A stretch of 64,000 nt of DNA from Histomonas meleagridis 2922-C6/04-290x (GCA_020184695.1 JAANOX010000063.1:1-64000); one strand, 5' to 3'. Counted from the first letter of the stretch, positions 32,349 to 44,180 are shown. Numbers and translations: made by a program. The notes: a model not told the origin generated them from the sequence alone.

Positions 32349-32640
32349 TTGAAATTGTTTCAAAATATTGTACGTGAAGACACTCTGATCTTGACGATCT
32401 ATGACTATTTGTTTGTTGTCTATGGACCATTTACTGATATCAGTAATTTTGACGGGAAGTTTGCGTTTATTTACCACATTGAATACCCCAAATTAAGCTG
32501 CATGAAAGTGTGCATAACAAGTGTTAGCACTAGACTAACTGTTCTAATTTTTGTTGGTGATGAAGTGATCAATTAAATCTTTATCAACATTTTTAATACA
32601 AAATCCAAAAGCTTTGTGCTTGTTACAAACATCATTGATT
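32349..32640 (-). pseudogene. Degraded metacaspase paralogue
   Basis: Minus strand reads KDLIDHFITNKN..KRKLPVKI..VIDRQDQSVFTYNILK, versus DELIDHLINNKN..GRELPDKI..VIERQDQGVFTYNLTK in 40842-41591. Confidence 0.75.
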
Positions 32641-32816
32641 TTTTGATGTAGTTCATGATTTGAGATATCAGTAAAAACTTAAAATATACTAATATGTAAT
32701 TACCTTTATAAAAAATTTGTGAGAAAAAAAATTCTATTATATATTTTCTTAATGTTTTAATTTATTTTGTTATTCCGAAGCTTTGCAGACATGACAAAAG
32801 TGACACAAGGTCTGTT

Positions 32817-33191
32817 ATGAGAGAAGAATCAGCTTTTTTAATTTCATCCAACACCATATTATTTGGTGACCATCCACAGAAGAACATTTTCGAGCAAGAA
32901 ACAGAAGAAATCAATGCTTTTAACGAAGATGTTAATCAACATTGGAAACTCACATATCAACCACGCGTTATAGAAAACGAAGAAATCAAAACAGATGAAC
33001 CGAAAGTTTCTGCTCCAGCCAAACCACAGAAGCGACAAGAGCTCATCAGGAATTCGACTGGTTCCAAGATATTTCAACTTCTCCAAAACTTCAAACCGAA
33101 CACTGCGCATCGCCAGCCGCCGAAAATCGAGGAACCAAAGGCGAAAGACGATGTTAGGCCAAACAAGCGAAAACTTCAGTTTCAATTGTAA
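32817..33191 (+). CDS. Hypothetical hydrophilic protein (124 aa)
   Basis: ATG-initiated open frame with coding-like composition, convergent with RanBP1 (17-bp gap); no family recognised. Confidence 0.5.
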   Translation: MREESAFLISSNTILFGDHPQKNIFEQETEEINAFNEDVNQHWKLTYQPRVIENEEIKTDEPKVSAPAKPQKRQELIRNSTGSKIFQLLQNFKPNTAHRQPPKIEEPKAKDDVRPNKRKLQFQL

Positions 33192-33208
33192 ATGTTAAAT
33201 TGAATTAT

Positions 33209-33796
33209 TTACTCCTTTTTTTCTTCTGCCTTTTCCATTTTGTCAATTTGTTCCTTATTGATCTTTTGAGCTTCTTCGAATTGTTTCTTAAATTCTTGAG
33301 TGATCTCGGCTGTCTTGAAACGGACAGAAAGAACATCATGCGATTCAGTACCATCGGCAAAATCAGTAGCAGTCCAAATTAAAGCGCGTTCACTGCCTGC
33401 ATGTGGCTTAAGTTCCATCTGTGGAAGAATGTAATGGTTTGCGCATACACGGAATGTTTGATTGCGTCTCATTAAAATACGGCATCTTCCGGTTTCCTTG
33501 CTCTTAAGAATCTTGATGAATCCAACACCACGTTCCTTCCATTCTTTGCTTGTTGCATCAAAGCGGTAGAGAATTGCCTTATCTCCAAAAAGCTTATCTT
33601 CGCCAGCATCTGGATCTTCTTGTTCAACAGCTGTTGATGGAGCTTCCTTATGGCTATCATCAACTGCATTTGCATCATCTTGAGCAGAAGTTGCTGCTGG
33701 TGTTGCTGCAACAGTTACTGTTAAGTTTAATGTTACATTAGGTGTTGCTTTTGTTTTTGCGGCTGTATCTGGAGTTGCTGGATCTTTGTCTGACAT
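33209..33796 (-). CDS. RANBP1: Ran-binding protein 1 (RanBD)
   Basis: AILYRFD..EWKERGVGFIKILK..RILMRRNQTFRVCANH..RALIW..DFADG; likely ATG at 33796. Confidence 0.9.
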   Translation of the reverse strand: MSDKDPATPDTAAKTKATPNVTLNLTVTVAATPAATSAQDDANAVDDSHKEAPSTAVEQEDPDAGEDKLFGDKAILYRFDATSKEWKERGVGFIKILKSKETGRCRILMRRNQTFRVCANHYILPQMELKPHAGSERALIWTATDFADGTESHDVLSVRFKTAEITQEFKKQFEEAQKINKEQIDKMEKAEEKKE

Positions 33797-34559
33797 TAAA
33801 TATAAATGACCATGAATAACCGTCACCCAAACGATCAAATTTATTTGAATAATTGACCAGATTGCCGATACAATATCAAAAAAGAGCTGGTTTGATGCGA
33901 GCAAAGATTGTGAATTCACATTTGCGAAATCCCATCAAAAAATTGGAAAATTTATGAATTTTTGAATATTCATATCATGAAATTTAATTGTTTTTTTTTG
34001 CTTTTTACAAACATTATTCCAGGAAAATGTATGATCCATTTATATTTTCAAATAAATCTCGCAACATATTTGGAATATTATAACCATAAAAACTCAATAC
34101 AATAAGAGAAAATTTATTCTAATACTTTAAGCTAAGGGTTTTCTTGTGACTTTGTCTATAAAAAACTTTTGGCTAGAAAAAATTCCTCCTCTTGCCATGT
34201 AAAAAATGCCATTTCCAAGGTGAAGTGAGTTTGTTGCACAAATTTTGTGGCAAAATCTAATGCATTCAATTGAAAGTTGGCCAACTTAACGATACAGAGT
34301 TACAACATCATCACATAGGATCAAAAAATATTATTTTGCAATGTATTTCTAAATAAATCAGATTAATGTGAAGAATAAACTTAATATGTTTTGCACTAAT
34401 GTTTAATTTAGGATATATATTTTATCTTTATCATTAATATTCCAAATATACTTGAGTTTAGGATTTCCAATTTCTAAAACAAAAATTAATAAATTTTGAG
34501 TAATTTCATTATTTTTTAGAAAAAACACTTGACTAGAAATAAGTTACCAATTTTTGCTG

Positions 34560-34860
34560 ATTCATCAATAATCATTACAAATTTCCATTCCTTCTTCAAT
34601 CAAATCTAAAATGATTATTATTAATCCTTATATAAAATGTATTTCTTTCATAATTCCCCTATTATTACAATATTATCTTTATAAAGATATCAAAAGATAT
34701 CATTTTAATGAAACAGAATTGCTGCTTTATAAGCATTTTCAAATAATGAATGAGCTTGCTCACATTAATGAATGATTTCCACTTGCACTTGCATATTTAC
34801 CTGGATATTGTAGAAGTGCGCCAATAAGCAATACTCAAATTTGAGTTGTTCATTTAATTG
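34560..34860 (-). pseudogene. Relic of an ankyrin/DUF3447-family N-terminal region; boundaries approximate
   Basis: Broken minus-strand PGKYASASGN..EQAHSLFENAYKAAILFH matches TGKYAVAGGN..EQNHSSFENAYETAIVFH of the 8545 gene. Confidence 0.55.
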
Positions 34861-35129
34861 AACAAAATATTATTAATAAAAAAATAAATGAAACATTAAG
34901 TTTTTCTGCAGAAAAAAATAAAGCTTATTCATAAAGCATATTTCATTCTACTAATAGTCATATGAAAGAGCATGGAAGATAGTTATCAAATATTTTAAAT
35001 AATGAAAGAATTGATTAAGAAAAATTTTCTATATTTAGTCCAACTCTAAAAAAAATAACGATACAGAAACAGACGTTTAATTATGTACGTTAATTTCTGT
35101 ACGTTTAGGATATTCAAACATTTGGGTGT

Positions 35130-35852
35130 ATGAGAAGAAATAAAAGTAAGCCGCTTGTTCCAAAAGGCTCAACAAGCTTAGAAAATATTCCACCCAATGT
35201 TAGTGATAAATCTGAAAAAAAGGGATTTTTTGGTAGATTATTTTCCAAAAAAGATGAATCAAAAAAAATAAAACAGACAGCAGCAACAACAACAAGAAGG
35301 AGAAGGAAATCGAAACTTGCAAAAGAAAGTGTTGAAGATGATGGTGATGCCATTACAAAAGAAATAATTCAAGCTCAAACAAATATACAGAAATTAGAAA
35401 CAGAAATTGCCAGTGATTTGATAGAACTTGTAGGGTTGCAACAGAATGGAATCATAGAATTTGATCAATCTAATTATATTTCAGATTCTGAAAACACATT
35501 TGAATCTGAACAATCAACTATCAATACAGAATCCGAGCAACCAAGTTCTATTCTTCCTCCTCCTCCACCACCACCTCCCCCTCCTCCATCAACTTCTTTA
35601 CTTCATCCCTCTCAAAGTCCTAAAAATCCAACGAATCAATTAAATAGGGCTGACTTCCTTTCAGAAATCCGAAATATGGACAAATCTAAGCTAAAATCCA
35701 CAGGAGTTCGAAGATCCATAGGAGGAACACCAATCAAAGAAAAGAAACAATATGCAATGACAGGTGAAGCTGAAATATTTGCATCGATTGTTATTAGAGA
35801 TTCTTCATCATCTTATGAAGAAAGTGATGAAAGCTCCGATGAAGGATTTTAA
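35130..35852 (+). CDS. Coiled-coil plus poly-Pro plus WH2-like protein
   Basis: PPPPPPPPPPP followed by RADFLSEIRNMDKSKLKSTG (WH2-like helix plus LK[K/S]T) and RRSIGGTP. Confidence 0.6.
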   Translation: MRRNKSKPLVPKGSTSLENIPPNVSDKSEKKGFFGRLFSKKDESKKIKQTAATTTRRRRKSKLAKESVEDDGDAITKEIIQAQTNIQKLETEIASDLIELVGLQQNGIIEFDQSNYISDSENTFESEQSTINTESEQPSSILPPPPPPPPPPPSTSLLHPSQSPKNPTNQLNRADFLSEIRNMDKSKLKSTGVRRSIGGTPIKEKKQYAMTGEAEIFASIVIRDSSSSYEESDESSDEGF

Positions 35853-35946
35853 ATAATTCATTCAGCCTCGGAAGAAATAACTAAAATACCTACATAATAT
35901 TTATTTACTTTTTACAAACATTTTTATTAAATCAAAAAGAACATCC

Positions 35947-36996
35947 TTACTGAAAAATATCTTCAGATTTTTCATATGAACAATTTAAATTTTCCGCAGT
36001 GAAATCTTCTTCTTTCATTGAAAGCAAAGAAGAATCAAAATTATCACACAAGAACACACAAAAACTCAAACCACCAACAGCTTTTCTAACATTTTGCAGA
36101 TTTGTTTCTGTTAGAATATATCGATTTTTTTTAGTTCCATCTCCAATTTTTCCGTATGAATTATCACCAAAACCATAAACAAATCCATTAGAATTAACAA
36201 ATATACAAAACGTCGGCATAGCAAAGACATTAATTATATCATTAGCAATTGGCGTTGTTTTTATATTACGTTGATGAGAACAAATATTCCCATATGCCCA
36301 ACAATCATTGTTTTCATCTAAAGTTATAATATAATCTAAAGATGAAACAACTTTAATGACATTAATCACACGTTGTGATCGAATATTTACCAATGGAATC
36401 ATTGAAGATGTTGAATCAACTTTAAATGCAATGTTATTACATAAAACAACAGCAAATCCTTCTCCACATGAAATATCTGTTGCAGGAGAAGGAAGTGGTA
36501 TTGTAATTGGATCTTTGCAGTCAATAAAATTTGGCCACAAAAAAATGTTTTTGTTATTAGCAAATGATAGCGTATTACCAAATGCAGAAATTGCTGTTAC
36601 ATGTTCAAATGGAAATAGTGTTGGCTGGTCACCAAATGATTTACCGGAAATATATATGTTATTTGATTTGTCAGTCCAAACTGTAAATATTTCACCACAA
36701 CTAACGCTTGTGAAAAACATGTCTGTTTTTACTCGATAAAATTCTTTTGCAAACTCAATTGAACCAATACCAAGATCTCCATGTTTATTGCTCCCTAGTG
36801 AATATGCAGAACCATTTTCTAAAACAATATGAATTGAATGATTTGATGAAGAAATTATTTTTATTTGATTATTTATATTTAAATTTAATTCTAATCCATT
36901 GGTTTGTGCTTCTTCATTTGAAATTCCTTGTAATTCACCAAAAAGAATCATTTTTTGATTCAAATTCATTATAAATTTGGAGCAGACATGTGACAT
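35947..36996 (-). CDS. RCC1/BLIP-II repeat protein (complete copy)
   Basis: YSLGSNKHGDLGIG, VSCGEIFTV, ISCGEGF and VYGFGDNSYGKIGDG; start at ATG 36996 or 36969. Confidence 0.8.
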   Translation of the reverse strand: MSHVCSKFIMNLNQKMILFGELQGISNEEAQTNGLELNLNINNQIKIISSSNHSIHIVLENGSAYSLGSNKHGDLGIGSIEFAKEFYRVKTDMFFTSVSCGEIFTVWTDKSNNIYISGKSFGDQPTLFPFEHVTAISAFGNTLSFANNKNIFLWPNFIDCKDPITIPLPSPATDISCGEGFAVVLCNNIAFKVDSTSSMIPLVNIRSQRVINVIKVVSSLDYIITLDENNDCWAYGNICSHQRNIKTTPIANDIINVFAMPTFCIFVNSNGFVYGFGDNSYGKIGDGTKKNRYILTETNLQNVRKAVGGLSFCVFLCDNFDSSLLSMKEEDFTAENLNCSYEKSEDIFQ

Positions 36997-37007
36997 GAAA
37001 ACGCCAA

Positions 37008-37265
37008 ATGGAGAAAATTCTTCTTTGTTGGCCACTTGATGAATATATTCATAAAAAGATAGTTATTGAAATGCAAGGAGGACGAGAAATTCGAGGTATT
37101 CTTAATGGTTATGATCAATTTGGGAATCTTGTTATAGGAGAATGTTTTGAAACGATTCCTTTAACTAAAACAGAAAATTTCAAACCTCGAAAACTTGGGA
37201 CTGCAGTTGTTCGATTCCCTCATATTCTTGCAATTGATCAAGTTGAAGAAGAAGAAGAAAAATAA
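37008..37265 (+). CDS. LSm/Sm-fold protein (LSm7/SmG-like; subunit uncertain)
   Basis: PLDEYIHKKIVIEMQGGREIRGILNGYDQFGNLVI (Sm1) and RKLGTAVVR (Sm2). Confidence 0.8.
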   Translation: MEKILLCWPLDEYIHKKIVIEMQGGREIRGILNGYDQFGNLVIGECFETIPLTKTENFKPRKLGTAVVRFPHILAIDQVEEEEEK

Positions 37266-38728
37266 ATTTTTTTAAATAAATCTTTATATATTTTTTATTT
37301 TACAATATTAAAATGGAAATGGTTGCGAAACCATTTAACAGAAATTTTCACATCACATTTCATATTAATTTTGAAGGATCATCATTTTCTAAAAATTCCA
37401 TGTTTATTTTTCAATTATTCCAGTATCATCTAAACTCTTTCATTGCCATATAAAATTCTAAAAATATAGCAAGCACGTTGCAAAAAAATCGAAACACATT
37501 TTTTAAAAAGTGGCTACAAAAAAGTCTATCGGAGCGGTTATTATCGTACTCATAAAAAGTTTGTTTTCATATAAAACTTTTTTTGCATTCTTCTCTTAAA
37601 GCAAAATAAAATTAATGTTTCGTTTGATTTTTGAAAGTCATTTATGCCACCACATGAGCATAAATATTATTTCTATTTTTTTGAAATTTGTGATGATATT
37701 CTTGTTTAAAAAGTGGTACCACTTTTTAATTTCTGAAGGAATTGTGATATGAAAAATGATCGTTGCAAGGGCTTTGAAAATGAGGTAGTCATCTTGACAA
37801 GCTATATGAAAAACTGACACCATAAACAAAAAATTCAAATATCTCTACATATGATCCATAAAATTCTGAATAAATATAAATATAATAATATATATCGCGA
37901 ATTAATATTAAATATTATGTATCATATAAATATATTATTTTATTAATAAAATTGATCTTTTTTATTCCTTTATTGTATTAATATTTTTTCACGTTAATAA
38001 TGAAGGAAATAACGTAAATAATTAATTTTCAATCACAAAAATGAAATTAATTTTCGAGGCATTGCTAAAAATAGAGAAATTCAAAAAAATATTACAAAAA
38101 TTATTTGGTATATTATGATGTGTATATATGATTATTTGTGTATATCACGAGATTGGCCGTTAAATTTTTCTTGAAACTCAAAAATAATATATAACATATT
38201 GCCACATGGCACAATTGCCCCCAATTGAAAGAGTTTAGTATCACCATGTACTTTTGCATTTGTAAAAGACACTGTCAACCAACTTTTCCTCTTATAAATT
38301 TCTTTTTAATTTTAAAGTTATATGTAATGTATTTGATACATTTCAGATTTTAACATATAATGACAGTAGACGTATTTTTTATGAAGATATAATAATTTTT
38401 AAAAAATTTCCTTTAAATTTGTGTACGTTACAATACAAAAACGGTCATCTAGCATATATTTTTTTAATATTTTTTTTATGCAGATGTTTTATAAAGACAA
38501 AAATCAATTTAAATATGATATTATTTTAATTCAATAAGTATTCATCATGAAAATACAAAAAATTTTATAAAGTTAAACATATGCATATATGCAAATATAA
38601 TTTATATGTTTAAAATAATTTTTTCAATTTAGAGAAAAAGTGGAATTAATTTTGTTTAAACAACTCTTCTTTATTTATAAAGAACTTTGAGTTTTGTTTG
38701 ATTTTTAAGAGCTACATTACTGTAAAAC

Positions 38729-39929
38729 TTATAAATTTTCCTGAAGAGTTGTAGTTTCTTTCTTTCGGGATTTAATAACGTAAATGGTTACTAAAACACC
38801 AATTAAAACTAGTAAAGCAGGGACAATTATGCCAACTATGATTGTTGTGTTATTTGAATTGGATTTTGATTTTGATGAGTCAGATGGCATGTTTGCTGGC
38901 GTAAAGATATTTTGTTTTGTAAATGTATTGGATTGTGTAAATGTACTTGTTGGCCATGCACCACAACCTTCAATTGTAGTTCCAATTGATACATTAAGTT
39001 TACCAAATTTCGTCGAATTATAAGAACCGATAATCATTACAATTTTTGCAGGACATCCTTCAAATGCAGTTTCATTTACATTAGGCTCTTTGTTGCCATA
39101 AAAATAAATGCATGAAAGAGAAGAACAATTCCAAAATGCCCCAGATCCGATTGAAGATACCTTTTCTCCCAAAAAAAGTGTTGATAAATTATGACAAAAA
39201 GCAAATGATACATTATCAATCAAAGTTACTGAATTTGGAATTTCAACGCTTTTAAGGGAATTACAAGAAGCAAATGCATATTGGCCAATTTTAGATAACT
39301 TTTCTCCAAAAAGAATTTCTTTTAGTTTTATGCATTCATAAAATGCATGTGCTTGAATTGTGATTATTGAATTTGGTAATTTTTTCAAGTGAAGAACATT
39401 TATTAAAAGTAGATACATTAATTGTAATTATACTTTCTCCTAAACTAACATTAACTAATTTGGTACATTCTGAAAATGCTTGTTTTTCTATTATAGAAAC
39501 TGAATTTGATAATTTAATTTTTTCAAGTGATGAACATCGAGCAAATGCCTTTATCTCAATTTTTTTGAGACTTTCTCCAAATGTAATTTCTTTTAATTTT
39601 ATGCACTTGTAAAATGCACTATCAGAAATTGTACTAATTTTTTCACCAAAAGTAACATTTGATAAATTGGAACACTCGTAAAATGCTACGCGATTAATTA
39701 TAGTTACTGAATTCCCGATTGTAACCGAAGTCAGATTCGCCCACCTGTTAAATGGTTCGCTTGGTATTGATGTAATTCCATCAGCAATTATTAAAATTAA
39801 TGTTTTTTCTTTATAAGATAATGCATCTTCAAAATCAGTTTCATTCTCTATTGTAAGTGTTTTTGTTGCATTATCGAATTTGATCTCTAAAGTTGGAACG
39901 ATAAGAATAGAAAATAAAAGAGTAAACAT
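38729..39929 (-). pseudogene. BspA-like copy B, 5-bp deletion frameshift near 39380
   Basis: Direct paralogue of 27188-28411; GAAAAAATT[AAATT]ACCA deletion splits it into ORFs 39336-39929 and 38729-39418. Confidence 0.88.
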
Positions 39930-40645
39930 TCGTATTGCTCTAATAAAAATGAAGTGGAAATTTTAACACAAAAACCAGTTGATAAACAAAAACAAAAAAA
40001 CATAACAAATAAGTTATGAATGAGTTAATAAATGTTTGTTTGTCTGTCTTCGACTTATTTAATAAACGGAGGACACTATAGAGTATTTCCTGCTCTTGGT
40101 GATGTTCCTTCAGAAATTTTATAATCTAATATATACACTTAAAAATATCATTTTTTTATTAAGTTTCTATTACATCGATGAAATATAAAAATGTATGTTC
40201 AGATCAAAATGTTTAAATTTTAAATCAAATTTATCTGATAACTTTTCTTGTAATCATTTTCTTTTTTTTCGAAACAATTTTCCAACAAACTTCAGATAAG
40301 GGTAAATCTAATAATATAGTTTATATTACTCAAACGCATGATTTATCTAGAAATATTGGAAATTGTGTTGTAAGTAATTATTATTTCACATTTTATATAT
40401 CTATGAAAATGGCGATGAATGAAGTAAATATTTAAATTTCGTTAATATTCTTTAAAATGAATTGCATTTTTATAATTATTTTGCTTATATAATCTTTTCA
40501 TGTTTTCATATGTGTGTTATGAAAAAAAGAAATACCAATTTCCTATTTATTCTCACTAAAAGGATATAAATTAGAAAGTTATATTAGTATCATTTGAATA
40601 AATATTGTTTTGAAATTTTTTTGGAAAATAATTATTGAATAAACC

Positions 40646-40685
40646 ATCACTAATATATATATATATATATATATATATTAGTGAT
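40646..40685. repeat. Perfect 40-bp palindrome with a (TA)n core
   Basis: ATCAC TAATATATAT ATATATATAT ATATATATTA GTGAT equals its own reverse complement. Confidence 0.95.
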
Positions 40686-40841
40686 ACTAAAATAATTAAT
40701 GATTTTTAAGAAATTATATCAAAATTGAAATCGATTTCAATATTAATTCCATTTATATAAAAAATCATTTTTAAAATCATTAAATCATAAAGCATATTCA
40801 TTAAATATAATAATAATAAAATTTATTTAGTTATTATTTAG

Positions 40842-41591
40842 TTATTCGAATAATGGCATATCAAGGAGCTCATTAGATGTGGTAGCTACTGTGAATGTCT
40901 GTGCATACTTACGAAGACTCTTAGTCATTGCTGTCTTGAGCTCTTTCGGTGTGATTGTTGGGTTGCTTTTGATGGTCTTTGTCAAGTTATATGTGAAGAC
41001 GCCCTGATCCTGACGTTCGATAACTGTTTGTTTTGCTGTTTGTCGATCGTTTGCTGCTGAAATTGAGATGATTTTGTCGGGAAGTTCTCGCCCATTTACA
41101 TCACCTCCTTGAATATCCCAGATTGAACCAGAATGACATGCATCTGTAATAAGCGTTATACGATTATTTGGATTTTTGTTGTTAATTAAGTGATCAATTA
41201 ACTCATCATCAACAATATTTCCATCATCAAAGACAAAAGCTTCATCATTCCCATCATCTTCATCTCCATCAAGATCTCTAACCGTTGTGCCATGCCCAAC
41301 ATAGAAGAAAACTAAGTGATCTGTTGTGAATTGAAAGAAATGATCAAGATATTTTAAAAAATTTCTTGAATGAGGATTGTGCAAGAAGTAAATATGAAAC
41401 CCAAAGTTCTTCACGCATTTAGCCAATGAAACGGCATCATTTAATGGCCCAGTACCAAGATTAAGGCGGTATGATTGGTATGTATTAACACAAATAAAAC
41501 ATGCTTTATCAAACTCAGTCGGTAGACGTGAAATAGGAATGCTACCAAGATCTCGACCATATGTTCGAAGACGTGTGACTGGATCAGACAT
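40842..41591 (-). CDS. Metacaspase-like cysteine peptidase (clan CD, C14)
   Basis: His-Cys dyad in FFYVGHG and ITDACHSG; DGDEDDGNDEAFVFDD; ISAANDRQTAKQ; ATG at 41591. Confidence 0.9.
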   Translation of the reverse strand: MSDPVTRLRTYGRDLGSIPISRLPTEFDKACFICVNTYQSYRLNLGTGPLNDAVSLAKCVKNFGFHIYFLHNPHSRNFLKYLDHFFQFTTDHLVFFYVGHGTTVRDLDGDEDDGNDEAFVFDDGNIVDDELIDHLINNKNPNNRITLITDACHSGSIWDIQGGDVNGRELPDKIISISAANDRQTAKQTVIERQDQGVFTYNLTKTIKSNPTITPKELKTAMTKSLRKYAQTFTVATTSNELLDMPLFE

Positions 41592-41818
41592 TTTCCTCGA
41601 ATATAATATGTCTAACGTATTATACCTCAATTAACTGCTTTTTAAACGTTCAAAAAGGGTTTTGGATTTTCGGAAAAGTGCAGTATTTTTGAATACAGAA
41701 AAAGTTCTTGCTTGGGAGAAACGATAGAAGCGGTTATGGAATACGTTTAAATAAAAGGTTTTTTTGAATAACTCTGCCAGTGAAGATGATTAAAGCCTAA
41801 AAAAAAAAAAAAACATTT

Positions 41819-43600
41819 TTAGAAACTAGAAAAAAAAATTGCTTCTTCTTCTATGGCTTTTTTCGTTTTTGTAATAAGATCTGATCGAATTTTTTGAAGC
41901 CTCGAAAATGCTCGTTCTGCTGCGGCTTCAGTGGATTGTATCAATAAGATCTGCTGTCTGATTCTTGCGAATGGTCTCCAATCTTCAATTGTATACAATA
42001 CACTAAAATATCCATAAGACGAAGTCTTACTGCTTGGATAAAATGGAAGCTGATTGTCACTCAATGTGAACCAATCAATAAACTTGCATGAAACTTTTTC
42101 GATATCTCAATCTGAATAATTATGCATGTGACAAATCTTCGTCATTCGCTCCAACAAACTTTGTAATGAAACATCTGCTTCAACGTTTGAATTTTCGAGG
42201 TTTCCATCTAGTACAGCAAAATAATCAAATTCTTCCCTATCGGCCTCTTCTTCCTCTTGTACTTAAATAGGTTCAATTTCACCTCCGGTTATCATTTCAT
42301 CATATACTAAATTCTCGTCAATTTCAATTTGATTATAATCTTCTTCTAATTGCTCATTAAATTGTTTTATGCTATTAAGTAGCATCTTGTCGTTTTGTTC
42401 AAGTTTAAGTTTTTGATTTAAATTACTCGTATCCACATCCCTTTGGGCAACTTCGACTTCTTTTGCATATTCTCTTCCTTGTAAAGTGAGAGAGAATGAA
42501 AGTTTAATTAATTGATAATCTCCTGTCGTTTGCAATCTTCTGATAATTTTATTATAATGAATATGATCATAATCGAATGTCGTATCATTATAATTATTGA
42601 TTTCATAATACGAATCAGGCAAACAGAGAATAAGTGGATAAATGTTTGACGCAGGGAAATGATCTCCTTCAATTGTTTTTATTAGTTTAATGAGAGGTAA
42701 TAATAAAAGATTTGTATTTGAAATTACATCTATGAGCATGAACTTGATGAAGCTTAAATCATCATCACTATTGAACAGATTTGTATCATTTAATATTTGT
42801 TTGATTTTACCAATCTTACGAATTCACCATTCACAAATCTCAAATGTATTAAACCATCTTGTTAGACAAAATCCGGGACATACTTCTCGCATTGTTGAAC
42901 TGATTGGTTTGGATCGAAAAATTTTCGAAAATCTCGAAATATAATCTTGAATCATTGACAAATTGTCCGATTGAAATGTGTCTTTGATACCTAATGCTAT
43001 TGTATGTGCAATACATGGGAAAAAAATAATTGGATAATTGTTCTCATGCATTGATGTGAAATGAAATGAATTTAGTGATTCTGGATCAATGGCTGATTTT
43101 TGTACTGGTAGGTTGTCCGCAGTGATCGATCCAATCGCAACGTTGTATGATTTTAATTGATCAATAATATTAATAACAACGCATTTATAGTTCTGTAAGT
43201 TCCCAATAAAATTCTTATTTGCTGAAATTATTAGTGGTTTTAAATCTAATGCTATAGGGTTTGAAATTATTGCTATTAAATAAGAAACGCCATGATTCAT
43301 CCCAGCATCAATCACTAAAGAATTATAAGGAAACAAATAATACTTCTGAAGTGTGGCCTTTTTTAGTTGGTTTTCGCATATTGGCAGAAGTTTTTTATCA
43401 GTGTGTTTCTTGAGTTGAATGAAAATAATGAATCGATTTCTGCGTTTGGATTACTTTGGCCCAGCTGAATACACATCTTAATCATACATTTGAGGACTTG
43501 ATGCAGCATTGATTGAAAGATCTAGACTTGCGATTAAAGAGTGAAATTGAACATCTATATTTTTGGAAATTTTCGTTATGCCAAAATAATTTTCAAGAAG
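41819..43600 (-). mobile_element. hAT-superfamily transposase relic, fragmented; ends not defined
   Basis: Ordered motifs LVIDAG, SITADN, FFPCIAHTIALGIKD, CLTRWFNT and QSTEAAAERAFS. Confidence 0.75.
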
Positions 43601-43965
43601 TGTAATTGTGGTTGATTGTGTATATATATTTGATTTTGTTATTGTTGTTGTATTTGAATTTGTTAATGTACTTGATTTTGTATATGAGTTTGTTGGAAAT
43701 AGAGTACAATTACTTATATTTGATCCAACAGAAACGTTAAGTTTACCAAATTTTGACGAATTATATATATGTTTAATGTCATCACACATCCTACAAAACA
43801 ACAATCGAATGCTGTGTTATCAATATTAGGTTCTGTGTTACCGCAATAATAAACACATATAAGAGAAGTGCAATTACAAAATGTTTAAATCCAATTGAAG
43901 CTAAATTTTCACAAAGAATAAGTACTGATAAATTAGAACAAAGTCCAAATGCCATTGTTCCAATT
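43600..43965 (-). pseudogene. BspA-like internal fragment E (last LRR, cap, partial stalk)
   Basis: IGTMAFGLCSNLSVLIL, SSKFGKLNVSVG and CTLFPTNSYTKS; stalk runs into hAT sequence. Confidence 0.7.
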
Positions 43966-44127
43966 GTGTTTCGATTTTTTTGCATACGTGCTTGCTATAT
44001 TTTTAGAATTTAATATGGTAACAAAAGAGTTTTCATTGAAATTATAGTAATTGGATTTTTTTTTTTTTTTTTTTTTTTTTGCAATCTTATAATTCCATCT
44101 TTTGGATTTTACTATAACACTACAAAA

Positions 44128-44180
44128 ATGATGAGTTAATTGATCACTTAATTAACAACAAAAATCCAAATAATCGTATA
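44128..44180 (+). other. 53-bp captured fragment of the metacaspase CDS
   Basis: Exact reverse complement of 41157-41209 (DDELIDHLINNKNPNNR). Confidence 0.95.

Noticed and set aside
38140-38290. Slightly GC-richer stretch with a short open minus-strand frame (SWLTVSFTNAKVHGD...)
   Set aside because: No start codon, no recognisable motif, no second copy in the window
41760-43600. TIRs or 8-bp TSD for the hAT relic, and TIRs for the P-like relics
   Set aside because: No convincing inverted termini found by eye; the elements appear truncated
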